Shown piece after piece: positions 1-8,476 of a stretch of DNA of 64,000 nt. A model generated the notes under the pieces. That model was not told the origin of the DNA. It searched no databases and saw only the letters and a program-made list of their open reading frames with translations. This DNA is from Candidatus Magasanikiibacteriota bacterium. GTDB lineage: Bacteria > Patescibacteriota > Patescibacteriia > Magasanikbacterales > GWA2-37-8. Where the stretch lies: positions 601 through 64,600 of the forward strand of contig JAUSEN010000025.1 of assembly GCA_030650025.1 (NCBI GenBank), given 5' to 3'. Both the position numbers and the translations under genes were made by a program. The stretch's first letter is position 1. Each line of letters begins with the position of its first letter.

Positions 1-103
1 TTTAATATCGGAAACCGAATTGCTAAAAAGCGTTCGCGCTGCTCGCCAGGAATACCTAGCAGGGCACTCCGTTAAGGCTAAGTCGCTGGCCGATTTGTTA
101 TGA
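1..103 (+). CDS. Partial (C-terminal) putative type II antitoxin; the gene starts upstream of the window.
   Basis: The open frame runs from the window start to a TGA at 101-103. That stop overlaps the ATG of the downstream RelE-like gene (ATGA overlap), as is usual for toxin-antitoxin pairs. Confidence 0.35.
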   Translation, partial: LISETELLKSVRAARQEYLAGHSVKAKSLADLL

Positions 104-372
104 TAATTGGTTCGATTGTTTATTCGTCAAAATTTGTTCGCGAATTACGGCAGTTGCCAAACGAGATAGCCACAGTAGCCATAAGAAAAGAAAAAATTTT
201 CCGAGACAACCCCCTATATCCTTCGCTTCGCCTTCATGCTTTGCAAGGCAAACTAAAAGGACTGTGGTCAATCTCAATTACGGGCGGCTATAGGATTATT
301 TTTGAACGCGAATCAAATGGCGAGATTTTGTTTATCTCAGTCGGTAAGCATGATATTTACCGAAATTTGTAA
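100..372 (+). CDS. Type II toxin-antitoxin system RelE/ParE-family toxin.
   Basis: The 90-aa product has RelE/StbE-like signatures (LHALQGKLKGLWSISITGGYRIIFE...ILFISVGKHDIY). Its start is coupled to the upstream ORF stop. Confidence 0.65.
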   Translation: MIIGSIVYSSKFVRELRQLPNEIATVAIRKEKIFRDNPLYPSLRLHALQGKLKGLWSISITGGYRIIFERESNGEILFISVGKHDIYRNL

Positions 373-381
373 CTGTCCTCT

Positions 382-1137
382 TTAATCTCTAGCCAAAACC
401 AGACTCCACAGTTCCTGCGTACCAGCCGCTTGTAGGGCCGCGGCGCAGGCGCGGAGCGTGGCGCCGGTCGTAAACACATCGTCTACTAAAATTACCTGTT
501 CCGGAGCGGGTTTATTTTTAGAATAGGCAAAAGCGCCTCTCATGTTTACCGCGCGCTCTTCTTTGCCAAGTTTGGTTTGCTGTTTGGTGGCGCGTACCCG
601 CTGTAAATCCACTCCGTTTATTTCTAAATCCATTTTTTGAGCAAAAATCTCGGCTAAGTCAGCGGCCAAATTAAAACCGCGGCTCCGCGCGCGCCGCGGG
701 AAAAGCGGCACGGGGATAACGACAGCGCGCCCCAAAGACTTGATCTCAAGAGGGGCAATAATTTTTTCCCAAACCGCGCGAATACTCCGAGCGTGGTTAT
801 ATTTATAAAGCTTAATTAACTTAGAAGCGGCCCGGCTAGACTGGTAGTCAAACAGCGCGGTGACGCCGAATTTAGGAATACGGTCGCAGTGAGAGCACGT
901 TGCCCATAGTTTAAGCGGCGCGCTACACTGGTTGCAAAAATTTTGTAAGCGCGCCGGTTCTTTAGCTTGGCAAGAAGCGCACCACCACTCCCCTTCTTGG
1001 CCACAAACTACGCAAAAAACCGGAAACAGCACGCCAGAGGCGTACTGTTTTATTTTAACAAGATTAATCATACAGTCAGAGCGGAGAATATCCTGAAGTT
1101 TATTTTTGGACTTCGTAAGAATCCACCAGCCAATCAC
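382..1137 (-). CDS. comFC: ComF family protein: double Zn-ribbon plus phosphoribosyltransferase domain.
   Basis: N-terminal CxxC...CxxC pairs (CVVCGQ...CASCQ, CNQC..CSHC) and a C-terminal PRTase motif (ILVDDVFTTGATL). Confidence 0.8.
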   Translation of the reverse strand: MIGWWILTKSKNKLQDILRSDCMINLVKIKQYASGVLFPVFCVVCGQEGEWWCASCQAKEPARLQNFCNQCSAPLKLWATCSHCDRIPKFGVTALFDYQSSRAASKLIKLYKYNHARSIRAVWEKIIAPLEIKSLGRAVVIPVPLFPRRARSRGFNLAADLAEIFAQKMDLEINGVDLQRVRATKQQTKLGKEERAVNMRGAFAYSKNKPAPEQVILVDDVFTTGATLRACAAALQAAGTQELWSLVLARD

Positions 1138-1711
1138 CAGAGTCTTTGATTAAAGTGACGACAATGTTTTGGTTAGTCACGGTAATTTGGCCGTTTTTTT
1201 CGAGAGTATTGCGAACTTGGAGTGTGGCGACAGCGGTTGGCGGGTCCCACTTAGTTAGCTCACTAACAAAAACTTCGGCGGTATTGCCGACAAATGGCCC
1301 GGCGGGTTGCGGGGTGCCAACTTTGGCGCCAATCCGCTGCCACATTTTTTGAGTGACGAGGGATTTTACTTCCACGATATTTTGCCATTTATTGTCCGTG
1401 GAATAAGAATTGTAGCGTTCCACAAAAATTACGGCTAGCTGGCGCACACCGCTTTGCTCGGCTTCAAGAGTGGTCTGCTTGGCCGGTGGCGCGGTAACTA
1501 CCCCAAGGCTCGGAGGATTCGTTAGGGCCGGCAACCGCTCTTCCACAGTATTGCTGTCGATAATATTGGCGGGCGCGGTCGGCGTGTTAGTAATGCCGAG
1601 AGCGGGCGGGGCGGCGGCGCGCTTGCTCCGAACCAAGAGGGCGATGCTAATGCCAAGAATCACGAGAACAGCCAAGCTAATCACTATAAATAGGCGGGTG
1701 CGGAGTGACAT
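1100..1711 (-). CDS. Membrane-anchored hypothetical protein with an N-terminal TM helix.
   Basis: ORF with a hydrophobic N-terminus (LFIVISLAVLVILGISIALLV). It sits in an operon between the VirB4 ATPase gene and comFC. Confidence 0.5.
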   Translation of the reverse strand: MSLRTRLFIVISLAVLVILGISIALLVRSKRAAAPPALGITNTPTAPANIIDSNTVEERLPALTNPPSLGVVTAPPAKQTTLEAEQSGVRQLAVIFVERYNSYSTDNKWQNIVEVKSLVTQKMWQRIGAKVGTPQPAGPFVGNTAEVFVSELTKWDPPTAVATLQVRNTLEKNGQITVTNQNIVVTLIKDSGDWLVDSYEVQK

Positions 1712-1729
1712 AAAGGCAAAAATTAAGAA

Positions 1730-3604
1730 TTACGGCTTCATTTGAGCTTCAAATTCGCGTTTCGATTGCTCGATTTGCAAAAGCTGTTCAGGATTCGTGG
1801 TAACGATCTGATCCTCGGTGTAAGACGCGACTACTTTGATGGCGGCATGTTTTTGACCGGCAAAGAAGATACCTTCGCCAACTCCGGATTCCAAAAGCAA
1901 ATACTTTTCGCTTTCCGTGAGCATAAAAGTTTTTTGCACTTGGTCCACGGCCGAGGGCGACTGCTTGAGAAGGAGCTGAAGCGCCGAGTTCGAGACAATC
2001 GCTTGGCCGTATTGGCTCTTTAAAAAGTCGTTAACATCCTGGGTAATAGTCGTGACGCCAAGGTAATATTTGCGACAGCGTTTAACGAGGGCGTAAATAA
2101 AGCGGGCGCTATCCTCGTTTTGCATAAGCCACCAGGCTTCGTCAATGACTAGGATGCGTTTTTTGCGCTCGCTCCTAACCACATTCCAAATATAATTAAC
2201 AATGGCGTAAATCGCCATAGGGCGGAGTTCGTCTTCGAGGTCGCGGACGCTAAAAACCACCAATTGGTTCCTCATTTCTACGTTCGTTGGCGAATTAAAA
2301 AGCCCAGAAAACGTGCCTTCGGTATATTTTTTAAGTTTTAAAACTAACTCACCGGAGCCTTCCATGCCTTCTAAAATTTCCGCTAAATCTTGCATGATCG
2401 GCGGCTTCACGGTAGTGAGGTCCGCGTCCGCCGTGATGTCTTTTTTAGCGTAGGTTTCAATCAGGGCGCGATCCAAAATTGAATCTTGCTCGGTAGTAAC
2501 GCCGCCGAGCATAATGCGGAGTAGCCCTTTCATAGTAATGACAGCGCCGCGGATAATGTCGTCCACCGCGACTTCTTGGCCGACCGGCCGAGGCAAGTCA
2601 AAGGGATTAACTTTGCTCTCGGAAGAGAGCGAGATATTAACATAAGTACCACCGACCGCGTCCGAGAGATGCTTGTACTCCATTTCCGGGTCAATGACGA
2701 TAACATCGACGCCAAACATCATGGTGCGCAAAATCTCCAGTTTGATGGCATAGCTTTTGCCTGAACCGGCCATGGCAAACACCACCATGTTGCCGTTTTG
2801 GAGACTAAAGCGGTCAAACAAAATCAAGCTGTTATTATGGCGATTAATGCCGTACAAAATGCCATCATCACTCGTGAGTTCCGCGGAGATAAACGGGAAC
2901 GACGCGGCGATCGGGCTCGAGTTCATGTTAAAGGCAATCATGAGCTCGTCGTTAGCCAGCGGCAGGGTGGAATTAAACCCTTGTTCGGCCTGGAACAAAA
3001 CTTTGCGGCTCGTAATTAATTTGGAGCCAAAAATATTTTCAATATCTTCGGAGATCTGGTCTAATTTTTCTTTGGTTTCGCAATAAATGGTGGCGTAAAA
3101 CGCGAATTGGAAAAAGTGCTCCACCCCTTGCGTTAAGTTGTCGCGCAATTGCTCGATGTCGCGCAGGGCGGTTTCTCTAACCGGGTCGCGCGGCGCGCCT
3201 TTTTCCGCATCGGAATTAATTTGGGCTTCCAAGGCGCCGACTTTATTTTTTAATTGTTTTAAAATAATAGCGGATTTAACCGGATAGAAAAACATCGCCA
3301 TGTCCATGGTGAGGGACATGCTGATAATCGGCGAGCTCCAGCCGATGGAAATATAGCGCGGGTATGAAACCACGAAAATTGTTCGAGCAAAAACCGAGCC
3401 GAGCTGGAGAAAACTCGATTCCACGTTAAAGGCGGCCGGGGCTACCAGATCGCGAATGGAAACCACGCCTTCGCGATAGACGCGCTCTTCTTCCAGCGTC
3501 ATGAGCTCGGAGGCGGCCTTGGTAGCCAGTTTGGCCTCGTCCTGCTCCAGTTTGCCGGCAGTCGCTTTATATTTGGAAACGTTAGTGGGGCGAAAAGCCA
3601 TCAT
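1730..3604 (-). CDS. virB4: VirB4/TrbE/CagE-family type IV secretion ATPase (ATPase core).
   Basis: Walker A (AMAGSGKS), DEAWW Walker B-like segment and a TraC/VirB4 C-terminal region. The start is placed at MMAF (ATG at 3602-3604), one nt after the TAG of the upstream ORF. Confidence 0.75.
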   Translation of the reverse strand: MMAFRPTNVSKYKATAGKLEQDEAKLATKAASELMTLEEERVYREGVVSIRDLVAPAAFNVESSFLQLGSVFARTIFVVSYPRYISIGWSSPIISMSLTMDMAMFFYPVKSAIILKQLKNKVGALEAQINSDAEKGAPRDPVRETALRDIEQLRDNLTQGVEHFFQFAFYATIYCETKEKLDQISEDIENIFGSKLITSRKVLFQAEQGFNSTLPLANDELMIAFNMNSSPIAASFPFISAELTSDDGILYGINRHNNSLILFDRFSLQNGNMVVFAMAGSGKSYAIKLEILRTMMFGVDVIVIDPEMEYKHLSDAVGGTYVNISLSSESKVNPFDLPRPVGQEVAVDDIIRGAVITMKGLLRIMLGGVTTEQDSILDRALIETYAKKDITADADLTTVKPPIMQDLAEILEGMEGSGELVLKLKKYTEGTFSGLFNSPTNVEMRNQLVVFSVRDLEDELRPMAIYAIVNYIWNVVRSERKKRILVIDEAWWLMQNEDSARFIYALVKRCRKYYLGVTTITQDVNDFLKSQYGQAIVSNSALQLLLKQSPSAVDQVQKTFMLTESEKYLLLESGVGEGIFFAGQKHAAIKVVASYTEDQIVTTNPEQLLQIEQSKREFEAQMKP

Positions 3605-3605
3605 A

Positions 3606-4292
3606 CTAAGATTGGTCAACTTCCATTTTATTAAGGGGCGGGATCTGTTCGGACAGGGCAATATCAGGGTTATAGGTTGAATAGAGGAGTTCGATTAGGG
3701 ACTGCGTGTCTAGCCTAACGGTCGTGAGACCCATGCTGGTTAAGCCGGATTCAATTTGGCGAAGGCGCTGGTCGAGGTCGTACTTGCGTTTTAAAAAACG
3801 CTCGCCTTTGAGCCGCACGGTAATGGCCGGGTTAATAACTTCCATGGCACGCGCCCAAAAACTCTTATTTTTATTGCTTAAAGGGTCATAGGGAACTACT
3901 ACGTAGAATTGCTTACTCATAATTTCGCCGAGCGACACCAATTCCGAAACAAACGAGCGATAATCAGACATTTGAGCGCGGAGGAGTTCGTTGCTTTGGG
4001 CGCGTTCTTTGGCGATTAATTTATCTAAGTAAGGCTTAATTTGCAGGCGGCGCGACTGCATCACGACCTGCAGAGGGTGCTCGAGCGAATTCAAGAAAGA
4101 AACATACGTAGAAATAATCGCGTTCTGCTCATCTTCGTTTTTTAAAGCGAAATTTAAACTCGAAACCATGAGGACAGCGCGAAGCGTTCCGTCCTTCATA
4201 ATAATAGTGTCGTTTCTGATTTCGGAAAAAAGCAAATGCAACTGCGCGGGCACTGTCTTCTTTTTTTGTTTGGCGGCTTTTTTGTTCTTCAT
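3606..4292 (-). CDS. VirB4 N-terminal-domain protein encoded separately (CagE/TrbE/VirB4 N-domain-like).
   Basis: The 228-aa product resembles the VirB4 N-terminal region (IIMKDGTLRAVLMVSSLNFALKNEDEQNAI...). It is translationally coupled (TAG-n-ATG) to the ATPase core. Confidence 0.55.
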   Translation of the reverse strand: MKNKKAAKQKKKTVPAQLHLLFSEIRNDTIIMKDGTLRAVLMVSSLNFALKNEDEQNAIISTYVSFLNSLEHPLQVVMQSRRLQIKPYLDKLIAKERAQSNELLRAQMSDYRSFVSELVSLGEIMSKQFYVVVPYDPLSNKNKSFWARAMEVINPAITVRLKGERFLKRKYDLDQRLRQIESGLTSMGLTTVRLDTQSLIELLYSTYNPDIALSEQIPPLNKMEVDQS

Positions 4293-4300
4293 GTGATTTA

Positions 4301-4380
4301 TGTCATCTTGAGCGAAGCGAAAGATCTAAGAAACATGATTTATTTTTACGCTTAGATTCTTCGCTACGCTCAGAATGACA
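4301..4380. repeat. Intergenic MITE-like long hairpin element, copy A (about 30-bp imperfect inverted arms TGTCATCTTGAGCGAAGCGAAAGATCTAAG ... CTTAGATTCTTCGCTACGCTCAGAATGACA).
   Basis: Near-palindromic arms with a 20-nt loop, lying between cistrons. Related copies occur at 13115-13194 and 56084-56189. Confidence 0.7.
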
Positions 4381-4387
4381 ATTATTT

Positions 4388-4819
4388 TTATTCGGCTTTA
4401 TAATAACCACCGGTATTTACTAAAAGCGTCAGGTCGCGAATGCGATTATAGGAAATATGTTTGATCTCCGGCGGCGCCTCGATGGGCAGGACTTTATTCT
4501 CGCGCATGATGGTTTTTATTTCCTTGTCGCTATAACCTTTATTCCAAACCCGGCGGCTCGGCCGCCGTAGAGTTTGAAAAATATTAAGCACAAAGTAATG
4601 AAAAACTTGCCCGTTTATTTTAACAAATGCGAGCACAAGTGAGAAGCCGCCAATTACGGCAAGAGCAAAAATGAAAAGCGTGGTGTCCACTAATTTAAAA
4701 GTAATAAATAAAACCAAGCCCGCCACCAGTAAAATAATAAATTGGCGGGTGGTGACGGGGCCAAAAATCTTGTCTTCCACATCAATAAATTGAGGGACGG
4801 TAAATTGATTCATGGTCAA
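4388..4819 (-). CDS. PrgI-family (VirB3-like) small membrane protein of Gram-positive-type T4SS.
   Basis: The N-terminus (VPQFIDVEDKIFGPVTTRQF) is followed by two TM helices. It lies adjacent to the VirB4 genes. Confidence 0.55.
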   Translation of the reverse strand: MTMNQFTVPQFIDVEDKIFGPVTTRQFIILLVAGLVLFITFKLVDTTLFIFALAVIGGFSLVLAFVKINGQVFHYFVLNIFQTLRRPSRRVWNKGYSDKEIKTIMRENKVLPIEAPPEIKHISYNRIRDLTLLVNTGGYYKAE

Positions 4820-4823
4820 AAAT

Positions 4824-5858
4824 TTAAGAGTTTAGTTCTTGATTCAAATGGGCAATGGCCAAAACCTCTTCGGGCGTTATGCCGCCGGCCGTATTGGCCG
4901 CGGCTGTGGCTAGCGATTTATTGTTTTGCGCCGCGCTCGCCAAGAATTTTATATAATCGCTAAACAAGGGGGACTCGCGCCAGGCAGTGAGAGAATCCAG
5001 ATAAAAAAGAATGGACTCTTCGCGCAGGTTTAAAAACTTTTGGCGGAGCCGGGAAGCGGCTTCGGCCGGGGCGCTCCCCAGGCGGCGCAGGTCGATTAAA
5101 TTGAATAAACGGATTTCGTCAATCGGGCTAACTTCAACATCGCGGCTAACGACGTCATTCATCGGCACTTTAGCGAGCGGCCCCTTCGAAATTTTAAATA
5201 AAGCGCTCGGCGCCGGAGCGGATGGTTTATTAACTAAAACCGGAATGCCCGGCTCGGCTGGAGGTTGGCGCTTTATCTGCGCTTCTAAATTAGAGGGGGC
5301 CAAAAGAGCGGCGCAGGCGGCTTCAAGTTCGTTGGCTTCTGGCTCTGCCAGAGCAAGCCCGCCCTGCAGAAGCGGGCGCATGGCAGCGTCTTTGGTCTGG
5401 GCGGTAGTGCGCACGTCTTTAAGGCGCAGTTGCGCGAGACTGCGCAGGCGATTAACAAAATCCGCCGGGACGGTAAAGCTCAAACTGGTGATGACTTTAT
5501 CCACCTGGTCCACGCGCGGGGCGCTCACTGCTACCAAATCATCGGCTTTAGAAATAGGGGCATCTTCTTCTAAAAGCGAGGTGTGCCAATCGCTGCTGGC
5601 ATTATTGATTTTAACAGGAATTGGCCGATCTTTGGGCTTAACAGGCTTAATAAGAGGAGGCCTGCTGACCGCTGGAGCAGATGCCTGTCGAGCAGGCAAA
5701 TTAACGCTAACAGCTTGAAGCGCGGCTGGTTTGACAACTGCTGGTACGGCGGCGCTTGGCTCTGGCGCAGGCTTTAAATTTTTAAGCACGCTAGAAAGCG
5801 GCACGCGCTCGGTGGTGCCGTCTTTTTTCTTAACAAGAATAGTTGGTTCCGGAGGCAT
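4824..5858 (-). CDS. Hypothetical protein, Pro/Ala-rich, within the T4SS-like operon.
   Basis: 344-aa ORF co-directional with and tightly spaced against its neighbours. No recognisable domain. Confidence 0.5.
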   Translation of the reverse strand: MPPEPTILVKKKDGTTERVPLSSVLKNLKPAPEPSAAVPAVVKPAALQAVSVNLPARQASAPAVSRPPLIKPVKPKDRPIPVKINNASSDWHTSLLEEDAPISKADDLVAVSAPRVDQVDKVITSLSFTVPADFVNRLRSLAQLRLKDVRTTAQTKDAAMRPLLQGGLALAEPEANELEAACAALLAPSNLEAQIKRQPPAEPGIPVLVNKPSAPAPSALFKISKGPLAKVPMNDVVSRDVEVSPIDEIRLFNLIDLRRLGSAPAEAASRLRQKFLNLREESILFYLDSLTAWRESPLFSDYIKFLASAAQNNKSLATAAANTAGGITPEEVLAIAHLNQELNS

Positions 5859-5864
5859 AAATTA

Positions 5865-6854
5865 TTATGACAAGATATCTTTCTGGCGCAAGTGCAAAAT
5901 TATAGAAAATACTTCACGCAGCCAATTAACGAGGTGCTCGACGCCGGCCGTGGCAGGATAGACAGAAGCCAAAAACATTTCTTCGGCCAGAGTGGCTACT
6001 TTTTCGGTAGATAGTTTAGCGATATAATCGGCCAAAATTTGGTGCAGGCCCTTCACGGCGGACAATTTGGCATTGAGCGGCACGACTTCGTTATTATTGT
6101 TAGTGACAGCGCGGCCGATAAAGTCGGAAACAGCGTCGGCCTTATCGTTGGCAATGGCAAAAATGATAGTATCTTGGAGCCAAGCGCGCACGGGCACACC
6201 CGCGACAATACCGGAATAAAAATAGCTGGTGAGAAGGGTGGCTTGCTTGTCCTCCGGCAATTCTTTAAACCCAGCCCAAATAATTTGCAAAATCAGAGCG
6301 TAAATTAAAGCGCCGTCCCAGGAAAATGTTTCCGTAATCAAATCCAGGGGTTTAGCGGCCAAAGTGCCATATAAAATCTCGGCTACGTCTTTGGCCTTGT
6401 GACCCTCGGCATAGTCGTGCAGACTATGCAAGAAAACCATGTCATTATAGTAATCCGCGCCCTGGAGCACGTCTTGCAGTTCGCTCTCGGCATAAGAGGG
6501 GGTGGCGCTAAGGCGCGGCAGGCGCCCAGAGGCAGCGCAAACCATATTGAGCTGAAAAATTAAATCGGTCTGTATGCCCTCGTCGGTCGGCGCGGCCAAA
6601 AATGCCGCTAACATGCCTGGGTCTAAACTGCGGATGGCTTCGCGCTCAAAAATGCCGGAAAAAACATTGTTAGTGTCGGCGGAGGAAAATAAATCGCGCA
6701 AGGCCAAAACATGAGCCACGATTTCGTTTATAGCCGCGCTCTCTAGCGCCTTGAGCTCGCTGGCGCGCTCGGCGATAATACTCAAAGCGCCCGCCACCTC
6801 GGGCCAGGGGTGGGAGCGGTAAGCGAAGAATGATTGGCGAATTGGGTCGGGCAT
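5865..6854 (-). CDS. Hypothetical protein, paralog A of the 7206..8468 product.
   Basis: Shares the motif LLT(S/N)YF..(I/L)V.GVPVR..L with the downstream 420-aa ORF. Confidence 0.55.
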   Translation of the reverse strand: MPDPIRQSFFAYRSHPWPEVAGALSIIAERASELKALESAAINEIVAHVLALRDLFSSADTNNVFSGIFEREAIRSLDPGMLAAFLAAPTDEGIQTDLIFQLNMVCAASGRLPRLSATPSYAESELQDVLQGADYYNDMVFLHSLHDYAEGHKAKDVAEILYGTLAAKPLDLITETFSWDGALIYALILQIIWAGFKELPEDKQATLLTSYFYSGIVAGVPVRAWLQDTIIFAIANDKADAVSDFIGRAVTNNNNEVVPLNAKLSAVKGLHQILADYIAKLSTEKVATLAEEMFLASVYPATAGVEHLVNWLREVFSIILHLRQKDILS

Positions 6855-7205
6855 ATTTTATGCTTATATTTTACCACGAATTCTGACAAATACGAAGTGC
6901 CTTTTAGAATATTCGCTTTTGACCAATTACAAACTAAAAAGCTTGGCCATTTCACGATACTTTACATTTTGCATGGGGTATTATACAAGTATAGTTATAG
7001 AAAATCATATGCTAATTTATAAGTCAAATGTGCTCTGTATTTGATTTAAATTAAAGTCAAGTATAATTTACCTGTGAAATTAGCTTTTTAAGCTTATTTA
7101 AGCAAAAAATACGCGCTATCACTGCATATATTATGCTAAAAATCTGTACCTAAAATACACATTTTAAACCAAATTGCGAGGTTTCTCTCTTCGCCCCTTT
7201 CCGTA

Positions 7206-8468
7206 CTACTTCGAAACCGCTTCATTCCATTTAAACTCGCCGGTGGCTTCGTCGAATTCTACATCGCCATCTGACGGCTTTAGAATTTTATTTGTTAATA
7301 GAAAATCTTTAAACGCGAACAACTCCCCCGCTAAATTGCTATTGGTCTTGGTTTCAGCGTCCGAGACTAACTGCGTCATGAGTTGCGCGGGGGTAACCAC
7401 AAGGTTACCGCTCTTAAAATAATCAGTGACCCTAGAATATTGTTTAGTATAAAAACAAAATACCAAGAGAATCATTTGTTTAACGAAGTCATCGTCTCCA
7501 AAGTCGGCATCGAATTGAAACTGGTTTATCAAATCTGCACTTTCAATGCCACAAAATATAGTCAAAGCCTCTTCAAGATAAGCCGACGCAAACAATGACG
7601 GTGCATTTGCCATCTGTTCTTTCACAAAGCCTTTAACAAAAATTACGTAATCAAAATTCGGTTCTTGCTCGTGCTTTTTCTCTATTATAACACCGCAATT
7701 TTTAACTAATTTTCCAAATTCAAAATTTTCTTTATTATCAGAGAATTGGTAGGATTCCTGGTTGCTGTTTAGACAATCGAGTAGAAAAACATCAAAAGAA
7801 ACGTACCTCTGAACCATATAGCTTTTTTCAAACAAAAAAGCTTCGAGAACAGAGCGCACTGGGACGCCTACCAAGATTGAAAAGAAAAAATAATTTGTTA
7901 AAAGTATTTCTTGCTGATCAAAACTTAAAAAGGCAAACTCACTCCAAAGACAGAATAAAAATACAACAAGTGTGATCAGTTCCGCAAAAGTATACTGACT
8001 TTTCTTTTGCTCTAAATATTCGTTCAGGTAAACAATAACGGCCGGAAGATAGGCCCTCAATTCCTTACTAGTGTACCCCAGAAAGTTGCTAACCGTGTAA
8101 AGCGCCTTAGCGCGGTCGTAACCTTCAAAATTTACCGCTAAACAATTCGTAAATTCTTGATGAGTGTAGGACACAATTCCAGTTTGGCTAGCACCAAGTG
8201 CCGCCGACATTAATTCTAATGAATCTAACAACGACCTAGCATCTTCGGCGGTGTTGCCTTTGTCTTTAATTTCTAAAAGTCCAGCCAGCTTAATTATCGC
8301 GCCGCGATAAGCCGAAAAATAATCTGTTACGGGATTGACAGAATAATTTTCCATAAACCAAGAAGCTTCCAAACTAATGATCGCAAGTTCCTTAAGTTTT
8401 TCTTCGCTGTCTTCACGCGGCTGCGAGAAACAATCTAATATAGATTTTTGGTTGTATTCTTTTTCCAT
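7206..8468 (-). CDS. Hypothetical protein, paralog B. It is markedly AT-rich relative to its neighbours.
   Basis: 420-aa ORF with the shared LLTNYFFFSILVGVPVRSVL motif. Local G+C is visibly lower than in the flanking genes. Confidence 0.55.
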   Translation of the reverse strand: MEKEYNQKSILDCFSQPREDSEEKLKELAIISLEASWFMENYSVNPVTDYFSAYRGAIIKLAGLLEIKDKGNTAEDARSLLDSLELMSAALGASQTGIVSYTHQEFTNCLAVNFEGYDRAKALYTVSNFLGYTSKELRAYLPAVIVYLNEYLEQKKSQYTFAELITLVVFLFCLWSEFAFLSFDQQEILLTNYFFFSILVGVPVRSVLEAFLFEKSYMVQRYVSFDVFLLDCLNSNQESYQFSDNKENFEFGKLVKNCGVIIEKKHEQEPNFDYVIFVKGFVKEQMANAPSLFASAYLEEALTIFCGIESADLINQFQFDADFGDDDFVKQMILLVFCFYTKQYSRVTDYFKSGNLVVTPAQLMTQLVSDAETKTNSNLAGELFAFKDFLLTNKILKPSDGDVEFDEATGEFKWNEAVSK

Positions 8469-8476
8469 ATACTAAA

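Noticed and set aside
3606-3661. VirB4 frameshift or pseudogene suggested by the 56-nt ORF overlap.
   Set aside because: The sequence shows TAG-n-ATG coupling, with a downstream start at 3604. The overlap is an artefact of the longest-ORF extension.
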